From NCBI RefSeq assembly GCF_018350175.1, contig NC_058368.1:156056001-156120000 (forward strand): 64,000 nucleotides of DNA, written 5' to 3'. Shown piece by piece: positions 1 to 14,056 of this stretch. This DNA is from Felis catus. Its lineage: Eukaryota. Below the pieces are notes generated by a model. That model did not search any database, had not been told where the DNA came from, and saw only the letters and a program-made list of their open reading frames with translations. Numbering within the stretch: the first letter of the stretch is position 1; each line of letters starts with the position of its first letter. The translations under genes were made by a program, and so were the position numbers.

Positions 1-136
1 AAAGAAATGCTAACATGAAATTTGTTGATTTGGAGAGTGGCTTCAGATGCTATCTTTACATGTAAAAGTTAGCATATTCACTCGCTTCCCATAATAAACA
101 CCTTGAATTATTTTTCTACATTAAAGAAGAATGAAT

Positions 137-180
137 ATACATATATATACACATATATATATGTATATACATATATATAT
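137..180. repeat. (TA)n/(CA) interrupted microsatellite
   Basis: atacatatatatacacatatatatatgtatatacatatatatat. Confidence 0.9.
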
Positions 181-2613
181 TTTGTACAGACTGGCTGCAA
201 AAAAAGGTAGTATGTCTCATCAACTTCATTTCAAAGATGCAGGCCAGCTCAATTCACGTGCTGAAAACAGATATTAAACATACTATTGAAAATCTGATAT
301 GTGATGTGTCAGGCTTTGGGGCACCATTCTTTAAGTATATTTAATGTTGGGTTAAAAAATGCATTGAAAATGTTTCTTTTAATTTTTTCAATATGAGTAT
401 TTCAAGATCCTTTTTGGTTATCAGTAAAAAAGATGTGATAAGTATATTCTGAATAATAGAAGATAATATAACACTGAACTCTTCACACAATATGGTATAA
501 TGGTCAGAGTTATTTCAATTTGATTTGGTAATCTTATGCTATTAAAATCATTAAAATGTAAACGAATTACTGAATTAAACAACTTTCACTCCACTCTTAG
601 CACAATTAATATTGCATAAAATTATCTGCATAATTATACACAGTATGTTTACATAAAACATCCAGGAAAAAGCTACAAATCAGAGGCTGAGTGTAAAATA
701 TTTTAAGCTGTATGCTGAAGTCTTCTAAATATGGAAATCTAAGTGGCTGTTTTACTATTGGTGCTTTACGTAACTGAAGACAGTTCTAAATTTCATGCTT
801 TACTTATTTAAATGCTAAATAACCCTATACTTTTTTAAATTCTCATAAATAAATATATGAAATATATCTAGACTGGATGTATTTTAAACCTGTGTGCGTT
901 ATTTGCAAAACTAAGAAGGATTTACTTTCTTCAATTAATTTGTATTATGAGGTAACTATTTGAGATTCAACATTAGTTCATCAACAAAAACCACACAGAA
1001 CATTTTAATGCAGCACAGCAAATACAGATATGCCTAGGACAAAAGACCCAACATCTCTAGAAAATAGGAACCATTTACAAGGAAACTCACTTTGTGAATA
1101 GAGTTCTGACTAACAAAATAATGGGTAAAGAATTAACTGCTACTATTCTAAGGAAGGAAATACACCTGAAACCTCACATAACTAGCAACTGTGGGTATTA
1201 TTGTAATTATTGCCATTCTTCCAAATATCACTCATATTAATACAGTGACGAACAAATTGATTTACCTGAATAATTAACCTTCACTACAGCATAACTACCT
1301 TAGGCACAGATTCATGTTTTCTATTCAGCTTAAGACATAAACCTACCAGAGAAATCACACTCATTAAACATACTGCAAAAATCAATTGTTTCCTGCCACT
1401 CAGAGGAATTAATATCAACAATTAAGTTGTGCAGTATTTTCAAAAGCTTATATCCATCTGTCTGTGCCAATTAAACAAAAGCAGCAAAATAGAGCAAAAT
1501 GAAATTAACAAAGAATGCTAATAAAATACAACTTTTCTGTTGATGTCTTAGATATATAACTTTATTCATTATTGTACAACTCTTGGTTTTTTACATGTGG
1601 GAGATTTAAAAAGTCACCCAGTGATTTTTTATAGTGCAACCGTATGCTAGATAAAGATATTTAAGCTGTCAGTATAAACTGCTTCTGTTTTCATTTTGCA
1701 TTTAATTTCAATGCCAGACTCAAGGCATAAATTTTTCATCACCTGCAATGCTATGAATAAAAGATTAAAAAAAGAACTGAGAAGAAATTCTAACACATGC
1801 GGTGCATGCGGCACATTGTGCAGACGCAGTATTCATAACTAGATGTTTAATTTCCATCTCTCTCTCTCTCTCTTTTTTTTTTTTTTACATCAGGAACATT
1901 ATTATTTGAGTTAATACATCATGGAGCTAATTTCCCAGTATTTTAGCTTTGCAGCATTCAAGTTTACCTAGTTTGGGCCAAATAGGCCATTCATTCCACT
2001 TGAAATCTCAAGTATACGCCCTAAGATTTACATGCTACTTTGTTAGCACTGCAGGATTCTATTACTCTCATATTTCTGGAAAGGGAATATTTCAACATCA
2101 TGTATTTTTGTTTTATTCCATGAAATAGCACATACATTAACCTTGCCTGAAAGTTCAAAGAACTAAGAATTACTAAAATGGTCCCACCTAATATCAGGTC
2201 CTCATTAAGGCTTGCTTCGTGTTCTCAAACCGAAAGATATAATCAATCCCAAGAGGTAGAGTTATGAGCTCAGTGTTGAGGCATTTTTTATTTAGTACTT
2301 AGGACTGTTTTCTGTAGCACAATGCATCTTCACTGTCACTTTATTAGCCTCTAAAGGACTCACAGACCAAGACAATTTCTAATTCCCACCAATAGAATCT
2401 GAGCGAGCAAGAGATGCACAAGAGCCCTTCCTAATCTCATCAGAAGGGCCTGGGGTTTATCAGCCTTGTCATTCTGAACTTCACTTTCTTAGGGCAGTCA
2501 AGAGCCTGCTGAGGACTCCAGGCCTGTCAGGGACATCAAGGGTCAGTCCTTTGGATGTTAGCGGCATCGCATAATGTCTAGCTTATTGTCTTTGGCTCTA
2601 ATTACTCAAACTA

Positions 2614-2614
<1 letters not shown>

Positions 2615-2642
<28 letters not shown>
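2615..2642. repeat. poly(T) run of 28 nt
   Basis: Uninterrupted T homopolymer. Confidence 0.95.
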
Positions 2643-2646
<4 letters not shown>

Positions 2647-2721
2647 GGTTATTGAAATTAAGTCTAGGGAAAGCTTTGGAAAAAATAAACCGAACCATGT
2701 TCTGTTACATTATTATCAATG

Positions 2722-2935
2722 TGGTATCCAATTAGCTCAGTTGGTTAGCCAATAGTGCTAATGAGACCCAGGTCATTGGTTCAATTCCAGGGGGGCCAGT
2801 TAGCTTTACTTTGTTCTATGGTCACAGATGGATACCTCATCTTATCCAGCTGTCTCAAGTGCTACTGGTCACCAAAATAACCAAATGAGAGAGCACGTCT
2901 GGATCAACACAAATCCGTCCCTACAACTAGGCTCT
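2722..2935 (+). mobile_element. MamSINE1-like ancient SINE with tRNA-Ile(AAT)-derived head
   Basis: Head ttagctcagttggttag...gtgctaatga...ggttcaattcc (A box, AAT anticodon loop, B box) followed by gccagttagctt...tgttctatggtcacaga...ggatcaacacaaatcc, matching the MamSINE1 body as I recall it. Confidence 0.75.
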
Positions 2936-3089
2936 AGAGGGCATCAGTATCATCTTTTGTGATCATTGTACAAAAATTAGTAGTTTAATACAAAACCTGT
3001 TTTTCTTCTCATTGTTTATGACGGTAAAGCAAGCACTTTAGATCTTCAAAATCATTTAGTAGGCTAAAATTAGTTAGACTTCATAACAT

Positions 3090-3230
3090 CTCTACGATGT
3101 TGCAAGTTTAATTAAGCTTACTTTAAGGATGACAAAGCTCAAAGTGAGAGGTTAAGTCACTTGTCAGAGGTCACATAAAATGTCAGGGACATTTCTCAGA
3201 TTGGAATCCTTGTCTTCGGTATCTCATTCC
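3090..3230 (-). mobile_element. MIR fragment
   Basis: MIR core-like gagaggttaagtcacttgtcagaggtcaca. Confidence 0.6.
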
Positions 3231-4814
3231 ATTGTGGTACCCATGAGACTGCTCTGCCTCTATGGAAACAGCCTGAAGTCACAGTAATATGTCACTATAT
3301 TATCACATTATTTTTCATTATGCTAGAAGACACAAGCATAGTGAAAAGGCATGGTGAGTCAAGGATTACAGATGCATCTCCCTTTAAGCAACATAAATGT
3401 ATGGGAATTTGGATTTGTTGAACAGATAAATTAGAGGGTGTCATGTATCACTTAGTCTATGCTCTCTCATATTGTTATTAATCACTTTTTTTTTGCATGC
3501 TCTAACATCCCAACTAGACAGTATGCACAGGGGGGCAGACCATGTCTAATATCTCTTTGATCCATAGTAAGTGTTTACATAAATATTTATATTCATGACA
3601 ATGGCATTTGATTGGAAGAGAACAGGAGAGTGGAAGACTTCATACCCTATGGGCAAAATAGGAGGTGAGAAAAAGCTTCATGAAGGTGGGCAGGAGTTTT
3701 CCTATTGAGCCTCTATAATTATAGCAATTCTAGTTTGATGTACTATCTACAAACCTAACATATATCCTCAATACCAAGCATGAAGAGGACCTACAGAGGC
3801 AATGCATTTAAGGAAAATTCTTGCCAAGAATAGCATGCTTAAACATCAGGGTAGAAGAGGCAGCTTGACGCAGCTATGGGAGGTAGAGACTTCTCTGTGC
3901 AACCCAATAGGATCCTGTCATTGGGGAAATGATATTGTGAGAAAATTGGTCGCTCACTATTATAGAAGAGGGGAAAAAAAAAACCACATGATGGTGGAGT
4001 AAGGGAGGACAGTAAACACATTTTTCATTTTATAAAATGATTATTCCTAAGATGTCTTAAAGCTGTGTGTTTTTCTTAGGCCTGATGCGATCTTCTTCAA
4101 AGATAAAATTGATTTACTGGAAAGTTTCAGAAATATGGCAATTAAAGTAGGCCTGTAAAGTTACTTCCCCTCCTGTAACTAACTTAGATTTGATTATTTT
4201 AGTAAAGGATCAAGTCAAGAGCTCTTGGGGTTGCTTTGTAAAAGGAGGAGACATTTTAGTAACAGGGCTTAACACTTATGTGATCCAAGAAGGAAATGGC
4301 AGACAGCACCAAACTAAGGTGTAATGTGTATGTTCCCTGTACGTGGGCCAATACAAGCTTTTCATTTCAACAGTGTCACCTCCTTTCTGTTCATGTCTAT
4401 CATTAAATCTCTGGGTATTGGAATTCCTCAAATAGCCTTCTGTAGCCTATGGGCTTATCACTAACTCCTACAGTGGTTAGGAATAATCACCATCTTCTTA
4501 AAAAATATATGAATATTCTGTACAGAATAATTAGAAAATGTAAATTCATTGCTCAAGTTTGTTAAAAACTAGAAAAAATTAAAATCATTTAGTGCTTATT
4601 CTCAGGTGAAACATAGTACTCACTTTCATGCTACACAGATTTATAGAATAATTACATGGTCAATATAGTTCAATTTTCATCTTCTGACTATTAAAATAGT
4701 ATTAATGAATTAGTGTTTTATACCATCAGACCTTTGATGATAATTTGCCCACTTTAATGTATGAGAAAATGTACTGAGTACCAGTATTTCGGGGATGGTT
4801 TCTTCCCACCAGAT

Positions 4815-4975
4815 TAGTGTTTATTAACCTGTGAGGTTTCCAGGGTCCATGAACCTTCTGAAAGTATATGCACATTTTGGAGGTAAATGCATATGTTGCC
4901 TGTTTCTAGGCAAAGAGTTCTTAGAATTTCAAAGGAGTGCCTGTATCAAAAGAAAGGGTATGAACAACTACTCTA
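4815..4975. mobile_element. degenerate hAT-Charlie MITE (MER103-like)
   Basis: tttccagggtccatgaaccttctgaaa...aaagggtatgaacaacta resembles MER103-type elements. Confidence 0.45.
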
Positions 4976-5680
4976 GATGTTCAGTTTGTGTTTGCTTTCA
5001 AGAAGCACTTAACATTCATCTCTCTAATAATTAAAGGTATCTATATATTTACAAATATATTGTTCAATTTAATTGCTTTATGAATTAGTGGAAATAAAGT
5101 GCTGTATTTTGTTTCTAACAAGTGAAAAGAAAGCAACACAAATGGCAGCTACAAAAATTTACACTAATTATTTCTACACTGAGCAGTGGGAGAGATTAAT
5201 AGGGGCAGGTCAAGAAATGCCTTTCCTTGAGCTATTTGAGATAAAAACAAATCCTCTCTCTAAGACACATTAGGTGCAGTTCTTCCTAGGAAGTAGACTG
5301 CTAAGTAAGAAATCCTGGGGTCCTTTCCAGGTTTGTGATCTCTTTACTATGCATGTAGAAGATACTAAATAACTATTTTTATTCATTGCCAATCAAACAC
5401 ATCACTTTAGACACATGCCATGCTTAGCTAACCTGTCTTTTAAAAAAGAAAACCTATTTTAAACCAAAATACCCCAATCACACACACAAACACTGACGCA
5501 AAGGCTGAGATGATCGAGAACCGAGTTCTATGTACTTTTGTGCCATCAACTCACTTGAGTTCTCACCGAATTCTCAAAAGCAAGTGAATCTTGCCAAAAA
5601 CCTTTGAAATGTTATGTTTCTGTTTTTGTTTTTTACTCCCAATTGACTGAGATACAAAAAGTTGAATATGACATAAGTCA

Positions 5681-5833
5681 AATGTTTCTCAGCGTGTCTC
5701 AGATGACTGAAAAATTACAGATCTTAGCCCCGTGCCGGGTTTATGTCAACAGAATTGCTCAGGAAGAGCTCTGGGAATCTAGAGTATAACAGGTAATCCA
5801 GGTGAGTCATGATCATACAAGTTTGGGAAATGC
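5681..5833. mobile_element. MER5-like hAT MITE
   Basis: Ends aatgtttctca...tttgggaaatg and internal ctgggaatct...aaca...ccaggtga. Confidence 0.55.
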
Positions 5834-8800
5834 GGATGTGGTATTCTTAGTCCTTTAAGATTTTGGATTTGGGCTAGTTGGTATGTGGTTCCTTTCTTCT
5901 GAAGAACTTCAATATATTATATAACTCTCTCAAATCAATTTCACCTGGAGGCTCAGAAAACACATTTCCAATCATGAAGTGAATTGTTGGTGAATATGCA
6001 AGACAGCATTCCAGGAGTTAATTCAAAATTCTGTTGTCAAGAACTGTAAGGGAATGGGAACATGTGTATGATATTAAAAATAACAGCTTTCTTTATCCGC
6101 CTTTAAAAATCAGTACTGATTTCAAAAGGCATTGATAAGCACAGGGTCAGCATATTTTTTCAGTCATGCTCGTGGGGAAACATTAATTTAATATGCTCTT
6201 CTGGACAAGTGGTTCTTTTTGGATCTCACAAAAAAAGCTTTTAATTCAAAAGAGGAAGGGCAGGGTATTGGTGGAAAATTGTAAAAGGTTTATGAGGGGT
6301 TTTTCTTTTTTTCTGATTAACAAAACTGAGAGCCAAGACACCTTCTGTTTCTAATCATGTTTCTATTAACTTGAACTTTTTTTTTTTTCCAACCTGAAAG
6401 TGTGGGTGAAATCTTATACTTAGTTCTATGAAGGCACTTGCCAATATCATAATGCAATTACATTTGGCCACTTGCAGAATAGATCTGTGACCGAAAACAC
6501 TGTTAACGATGGACAGTTTTGCCTTGGGTTATGGTTTTTCCCAGTAACATCATACCATATTTAAAATAATTTAAGCTTATATATAAAGGAGGAAATACAA
6601 ATACAGAAGCAAATGCAAGCTCTCCTACACATCTACTGGCAAATACCAATGTTTCCCGATCAACAGTATGTGATTTCAGGTTTACATCACTAAAAAGTGA
6701 TTGCAACTAAGCTACAAAACAGTATCAAAAGTGTGAGAGGTGACCTAATTGTGAAAAGCTAACTTTACATTTCTAAAAGCAATGCCCAGAAAATACTGAT
6801 ATATTTCCAGATTTTTCTTTATGCAAGAAATGCTCCAGAAGTGGTGTTATTGCCTAACAATAGACTATGAAAAACCGAAGGCCATGCAGCCATTTTTGTG
6901 TACTCTCTACTCAACTGGTAGCTCTATGCTGGCTGGTGTGTAATGTAGTTCATTCCATTATTATTTATGGTAAAAATGCTAAATTGTTCATGTAAATTCA
7001 ACCGCCCCCTTTTGTAAAGTATGTAGATTTACTTTTCCCATGTGGTCACCTCCAGGGAGTAACTCTAAATTTCATTACGGAGCTAAGTGATTTTCATTTG
7101 GGGTGTATGTGAACATTTTTAAAAGGGAATTTCAACAGATAAAGAATTGATACTTGGAGTTTCCTCTAAATTTTATGTGCCCACATATTTAAATTATTAC
7201 AACCGAACTAGCTTTTGATTTCAGACTGTCATTTTGCAATCATTTCATCTATAACACAAGCTTGACTGTACTGTTTCTTCACAGTGATTTTGCTATGCCC
7301 CAAATTCAAGATTCATACTTTTGGTAAATCTGAAACGATCATCTTCTCAATTAATTATTTGTAGGCCTGGAGGCGGCTGATTAGTAAGGTGAATTTAGAA
7401 TGCCCTCAGGAGGATGTGAAATCACTCGTGACACACACAATGTGTTTTGTAACATTACTGTTAAACAATCACCTAAGTTTCAGGGTGACTTAAAATGTTT
7501 GCCAGTCTTTCCATGTTGATCTCTACTAGTATTCCCACTGATACTATATCAGCAAACTAATGGCCTAATGTTTGAGACTGCTGAACATGACGTTCTTGAG
7601 GTTTCTATTACACAATAAATTATTTTGAACAACCTTTTGGGTAGTTCATTTATTTAAATGACCCCGAAAGCTTGGGGATAATTAAGAATAAAGTTTTATA
7701 TAAGCTTCATTTTTTAATAGTTTTCTGGTACCTCTCTTCTATGGTAATCTAATTTATGTTGTCTTTAACATCTATCATATAAATATATTACCACGTGTAA
7801 TTATTCTAAGCAGTAGCATTATTATTTTCATATTTATAAATATTTATTCATTTCAAGTCATTCAGCATGCTATTATTGGGCCATATAGTTAGGCATCCTA
7901 ATTTGTTCTTGTGACTTATAATTAGTTTAAATAGAAGTTCAGGACAAAGTATTTTGAAGTTTATAAAAATTATTTTTTGTGTTACATGCATGTCCATAAA
8001 TATAAAACTCAAAGATTTTTTTTCTTTCATAATATACTATAATACGGTTACAAGTGCATTGAAATTCATCTTGTTAGAATGGTAGTAATATATCCCACCA
8101 GGACTACTGTTCCTAGTAGCAATTTAAAATAATTATTGTGAGACTTGATGCTAGACATCAGGTTTGCAATAGAATTACAATGAGGGAAGTGTATTAGAGA
8201 CAAAACATTGCTGGAAGAAAACTTCATAATGGCGCAATTTGGAACTAAGCCTCAATTTTACAGTAATAGATTCTCTTTATGATGGCACAAAGGAGTGAAT
8301 GCACTTAGCAAATTTAAATCTATTATTAGTCACACTTTGTGGATTGCAGTGCAAAAGGAGAAAAGAAATTAGCTTTTTAAGTATGTTCTTATATAAAACA
8401 GGTTCTAGTAAGAACAGTCTTATATAAAATCTCCTTGTTATAGTTCAGAAGCACTGTCAGTCTTTATAACAGCAGGGAGTTGTCCAGATTTAAAAGTCTT
8501 GCCAAAATAGTTCTGGAGGTCTCTAATTTCCAATTATAAGTTTCTCAAGTCAGGATACATTCAACATTGGTACATTTCTTATTTACAGAAATACAGTATA
8601 GAACAAGAGAGATGGAGTTAATTTGGTCTCAGCTGCTTACTGCGATCTCTCTCCTTGAATGAAGAGGTGTTTGTAGTTCACACTGGTACTATACCTACTT
8701 TTAACATGATTTTGATTACAGTAAAAGAACTCAACAGCATTAGGCTGGTATGATTTGGCACTCATCTGCGTAAAAGGAATTTCAATTGTCAATTTTGCAA

Positions 8801-9067
8801 AAGAAGCCAACCATAAGAATTCAGTAGGTATTTTTAGTAGAAAATCAAAACACTAAAAATCTAAGCTTCCATTTTCAAGTAAAATGTTGTATTTTTGTTT
8901 TAATTATGATCCATTTTCTCTATTTCATCTTAAAATACTACCGAGTAGAATATTTGATAATAGCCGAATTTAGTTATAAACTGACAAATAACACATCTAT
9001 AATGTTACTGCCTGGATACATAGGGATGCAGCTATAATCCTTAAGAAATATTAAACAAAATTCTTAC

Positions 9068-9115
9068 CTGAGATGTTTCACTTAAGTATTTATCTGTGAA
9101 GAGGAGTGGAATCGC
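9068..9115 (-). other. candidate small exon of an unidentified minus-strand host (48 nt; alternative acceptors give 26 or 52 nt)
   Basis: Minus strand ttaacctttcccaattcagccag|GCGATT...TCTCAG|gtaaga; strong donor; open frame AIPLLFTDKYLSETSQ. Confidence 0.4.
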
Positions 9116-9229
9116 CTGGCTGAATTGGGAAAGGTTAACCATACGTACAAATTAGCGTCATTAGATTGATGGGATAAGAAAGCAAGGACAAAAAAAGAAT
9201 GGCCACCTGCAAACTAAAGTTCACTTAGC

Positions 9230-9720
9230 AGACATCACCTCTCCTGCTTTTCCTTCCACTTCTCAACTTCCAGTATGTTTTTGGACCTCAGCACTGTGTC
9301 TTGTCTCTCGCTCTATACCCTGGGTAATGTCACCCATTCCCATGGCTGAAGTCAGCATATATGTGCTGATGACTCCAACTTATCTCTTCAATGATCTCCA
9401 GACTCATTTAACCATCTACCTAATGAGTATCCTTCTCACATATTCCACGTAGGCATCTCAAACTCTATGTGCCCCAAATTGAGTTTGCTTCTACTCTCTC
9501 CCTGCAATCACATATATTCTGTCCCAGGTATTCTCCATCTCAGTGAGCCAACTACCCAACTGCCCAAGCCAGAAACCTATGTATCACCCGAGAAACACAT
9601 CCCTTCCATCTCCTATGTCCAACCAATCTCGAAATTCACAGGCTTTTACCTCCAATTTAACAAACTTGCTTATTTCCATCTATTCCCACTACATTCTCTA
9701 TGATATAGAAGGAAGATCCT
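9230..9720 (+). mobile_element. L2 LINE fragment
   Basis: L2 motifs cccatggct...atatgtgctgatgactccaa, aggcatctcaaactc, ccaagccagaaacct. Confidence 0.75.
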
Positions 9721-9739
9721 TCCAAAATAAAAAATGAGA

Positions 9740-10490
9740 GGGGAAAAAACGGATAAACACCAATACATAAAAATTTTCAACATTGCTTCAGAAAAAAAAT
9801 CCAAATAAAATCAAAGATAAATCATAACTCAGGAAAATATCTGCAACATATATAGCAAAGAGTTAATATTGCTAGTCAATAAAGAATGCTTATAAATCAG
9901 CGTCTAGACGACATAGGGGCAGAGAATAGAAGCAGCCAGTGTACATAAAAATAAAATGAATTTTAAGAATCTGAAAAGATGCTTAATCTCACTCATCGTA
10001 AATGGAATGGACATCAAAAGTAGATTCATTTTCCACCTACCAGACTGAGAAAATTTAAAAATTAGAACATGTGGGGAAAATGAGTCCTATCACATACTAT
10101 GAGGATGTAAATTAGATAAATAAACAAGGATGCTTGCTGCAGCAATTCTTACAATAAGAAAAATGGAGGATAATATAAATATTTATTAACTGGGTTTTGA
10201 TTAAATAATTTATGGAAACCCCTATTCTAGAATATTAGCTTATAGTAAAAAAGAATAAGATGGATCTTCATGAGGTCATAAGAAAAAATCTCCATGTTAT
10301 GTTTTCAAGTGGAAAAAGACATACAAGTTGGACAATGTGCTTTTATTGGTATAAAAAATGGATCTACAAACATACATATGCATGTATATGAATAGAAAGA
10401 TTCTCTGAAAAACTGCTTAAGACATGTTTGCCGTGATTGCCTTTGTGGAGCCCTTTTATACAGAGACATGTGCTGCTTTTCAATAATTAA
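9740..10490 (+). mobile_element. old L1 (L1M/L1ME) 3-prime fragment inserted in L2
   Basis: ggaaaatatctgcaacatatatagcaaagagttaatat, tgaaaagatgcttaatctcactcat, cattttccacctaccagactg. Confidence 0.75.
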
Positions 10491-10509
10491 AAAGAGCTAG
10501 CTATAAAAA

Positions 10510-10960
10510 TTACAAATATGATCATGCTATTCTCACCTTTAATTTTAATGGCGTCTAACTACTGCTAGGATAACATTCAAGTTCCTTAACAAAGCGTATG
10601 TAATACCCAAGACCTAGCCTCAACCTCACAGTGACCCATTCTCTCTCCATTCGCCTCTCATTCGCTGTAATGAACATCTTCAGTTCCTCAGATGCACTTG
10701 GAACAATTTTTTTTTCTGCACGATTCACCTCCTCTTGGCCAACTTTTCATGCTGCAAAACTCAACTTCAAAGTCTCTTCCACCAGGAAGGTTTCTCTGAT
10801 CTTCATATCCCTTTTTTACAGCACTCCTCACACTTAATATTTTTCCTACCACTAGACCCCAAACTCCATGAGGATGGATACCATGTTGCCCTTGTTCACA
10901 TTTATAACCCTATTGATCAACATAATGCCTGGTCTCTGGATACATGGATATATATGAACA
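10510..10960 (+). mobile_element. L2 fragment (3-prime continuation)
   Basis: atgatcatgctattctc, ctcttccaccaggaaggtttctctgat, ctagac...aaactccatgagg. Confidence 0.65.
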
Positions 10961-11737
10961 GAAATTCAGAGAATTGATTGATTGATTTTTAAGGAGCTAT
11001 AATTTGATCGATCTTTAGTAGTGATTTTGAGAGTAAAAGAGAAGGTAAAGAATGAGTTGAAAGTGGGTAGTTAGGGGTGCAAAAACACACATAACAGCTC
11101 AAAATAATTATAAGCATATAAATAATAGCACAGGAATATTTAACAACTGATCAAGGGGTGGAAAAAAAAGGTGAAGATATGGGAATGAACAGAGTGAGAA
11201 GGGATAAGGGATAAGAGTAACTTTCTTGGTGAATGTGAGGTTTTAACTTGAAATAAGAATGGTGGAAGTAGGGATGAAGGGCTTGTTAAGTGAAGCCAAG
11301 AATGTAAGCAACTGGAGGGCCTGTGCAGGTGTAGCTTCCCAGCAAAGCTGCTTTGTTTCTGCCCAAAGGGAGATTCAGCCCTCTGTTCTCTGCAGCTTTA
11401 TGGTGACTCCATCTTGGACCCAGTCTAGAGTTTCTGTGCTCCCCAGAACTGGGTGCTGTAAGACGTGCTAGAGGGGGTTTCCAGGGGCCCTGTGACACCT
11501 CAGGATAGAAACATCACTACGAAGCCATCTAGTGTGCCCAAACCTGCCCAAATTCCAGGAGAATTTTGTTTAGTTCTAGGTCACTAGGTGCTTCAGAAAG
11601 CTTGAGGGAAATACAAAAAGTGAGATATCCAATCAAAGAAAATAGAAAAGTGCTTCTCTTTCTCATTCAGCTGCAGCAACACTAATAACACTGGCTCATT
11701 TTTTCCATTCAACCACAGTACTTGAGTCGTCAAAGAC

Positions 11738-11773
<36 letters not shown>

Positions 11774-11789
11774 AAACAAATGGTCGTAT

Positions 11790-12955
11790 CTGCCCTTTCC
11801 ACTTCACCATCACCACTTCCACTTGAATCTAGATCCTCATCTGGACTCCCATCACTTCTTTTCTGGAGAACTTCTTGACTTCTCATCTCATTCCTCCCCC
11901 ACTTAAGATCCATTTTCTCCTCACATCTGCGAGAATAGGATTCCTGTGCTTGGCGCTCTCTTCCCACTCCGTGTGTTTTCTCCATCGGCGATTATTTGTT
12001 CCCATTTCTTCAACAATCAGTTATAAACTACTTATTCCCAAATTTACAGTTTAGTCCTGACCTTCCTCCTGAGTTTCCAGTAGGAAATTCAGTATGTCCC
12101 CAAACAAACTTGTTTTCTTTCCCAAAGACCTTTTTCTCCAGTGTGTCTCATCTTGTTGATGCCATAACCCTGCTGTAAATGGATCAAGCTTACAAGCACT
12201 GAATGATCTTTTGCTTTTGCCACAATCATTTAACACATTTTGCTAATTCTTCTTCCAAAGATTTCCCAGTGTTTGCTCTCTTTTCATGCCTGCTGTACTA
12301 CAAGGATTCCAGTCCTTGGTATCTCTGGTTTAGTCTTTAGCTGTTCTCCACGCTGCAGATGCTACCTCTAGCCCATCATCTGAACAGCCAGGATAGCCTC
12401 ATAATAAAAAGTCTCCAATGGCTTACCAGAGTATAGACTATAGGCAGTGTTGCTACCTGAATCCAGTCGACAGTTCCAGTCTTAATTTCAACCACACCTT
12501 CCCTGTTTCCTACCTTCTCAGTATAATGAAAAGCTCTCTGTTTTTAAACAGCGCCAAGTTTTCCCACATCTCTATGCCCTTTGCCAATTCAACTTCCTCC
12601 GCCCAGCATGTGCCTCCCTTCCTCCCTGCACTGCTACCCCCCCCCCCGCCACCACCCTGCCCCTCTTTTCTAGCTGGCCAGCTCCTGTAACTGTTTCAGT
12701 CTCACAAGTCATCTCTTACATGCGTTTTTATTCCTTGCCCCCAAGATAAATTAATTGCTCATCTGCATTCTGATAATATGTTAAACACACATATAACATG
12801 TGCTATGTGCTATTGTTATGAGCAGCTGTTTACGGTCAAAGCACAAAGCTGGTGCAATGCCTACACTGGGAGTTCTTTGACTCCTCCGGTACCCAGCACA
12901 GTGTTTGGGACATGGTGCTCATTTAACACATGAGGAATGTATTGAATGAATAGAT
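11790..12955 (+). mobile_element. degenerate L2 fragment(s)
   Basis: Pyrimidine-rich L2-like body ending cccagcacagtgtttgggacatggtgctc...ttgaatgaat. Confidence 0.55.
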
Positions 12956-13332
12956 AATGTTCTATGGCTTTGTTTTCTACATCAAAGTAACTTTGTCAGT
13001 TGGCAATCAAAGAACTCTTTCAAATTGTTCATCCCTTCCCCAGTATCGTTTCTTTATTTTTCAAGCCTCAGAAAGAGGGGTCTGTTGCTCATGTAGGTCA
13101 TGAATATCCTTTATTTGCATTTATATCATTTCTGAACTTGTGCTTATACTATTTCCCCCGCTTGGAAAGGGTTCTACCCGTATAAAGGTTTTAAGTTCAT
13201 GTCTCTCTTCAACTTAGAAACTCTCTAGAAGTCTCTGCATTTCAACCTGGTTGTGTAAAAGTTTTGCATTGCTTTAGATGTACACCATTTGTATGACATG
13301 ATTCTTTACACACACGGGGGTGTATTTTGTTT

Positions 13333-13417
13333 TAGAAGCTGAACCATATGCAATTGCCAATATTCAAGTTTTTTGACCTACAAAAAAATGGCAACTGCAT
13401 ATGGCTCACCCTCATTA
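13333..13417. mobile_element. MADE2 (mariner-derived palindromic MITE)
   Basis: Inverted arms tgaaccatatgcaattgcca (13340-13359) and tggcaactgcatatggctca (13389-13408), 18/20 complementary, around tattcaagttttttgacctacaaaaa. Confidence 0.85.
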
Positions 13418-13807
13418 GTCTTTAATGAGACTTTCTGAAGGCAGGTTACCATGTCATAAAGGTTTTGGTTTTTGTTTTTGTCTTGGGCTCCATTCTATGT
13501 GGGCAGTAAGTCAGAGGTTCTCAAACTGAGGTCTGAGGACCCCTGTGACTTCCAAGATCTTATTAGGGGCCCGTGAAACCAAAACAATTTTCATAGTAAT
13601 GCTAAAATATTATTTGCCTTTTTTCACTGTGAGGAAACTTTCATTGATGATGCAAAAACAATGGTGAGAAAAACCAGTGGTGCCTTTGCATCAATCAGTG
13701 CAGTGGCACCAAACTCCAGTAGTGCTCACTGTGTTCTTCATAGGGGATTCCCTTGATGAGCAGTAAAAATAATTACTTTTATTGAAACTTGACTCTTGTG
13801 AATTTAA

Positions 13808-14056
13808 CTTTTTAAAAACTTTTAACATTTCTTCTTCTTCTTCTTCTTCTTCTTCTTCTTCTTCTTCTTCTTCTTTTTGAGAGAGAGAGAGAGAGCGCGA
13901 GTCAGGAAGAAGGAGAGCGAGACACATAATCTAAAGCATGTTCCAGGCTCTGAGCTGTCAACACACAGCCCGACGCAGGGCTCGAACTCACGACCTGTGA
14001 GAACATGACCGGAGCTTAAGTCAGATGCTTAACTGACTGAGCCACCAAGGCACCCC
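13808..14056 (-). mobile_element. Can-SINE (SINEC_Fc-type) with (TTC)n-expanded tail
   Basis: Reverse complement of ggggtgccttggtggctcagtcagttaagcatctgact; (ttc)n at about 13829-13874. Confidence 0.95.

Noticed and set aside
2725..2798. tRNA-Ile(AAT) gene
   Set aside because: The acceptor and D stems are decayed and the sequence continues into a MamSINE1 body, so this is a SINE head.
4080..4146. Plus-strand exon-like segment (PDAIFFKDKIDLLESFRNMAIK)
   Set aside because: The donor AAA|gtaggc is modest, it opposes the inferred host strand, and I found no partner exons or recognisable protein.
11593..11985. 130-aa minus-strand ORF
   Set aside because: Antisense L2-like sequence plus a poly(T) run, with no recognisable domain.
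13691..13927. ORF with poly-Glu
   Set aside because: Translation of the (GAA)n SINE tail plus Charlie1 DNA.
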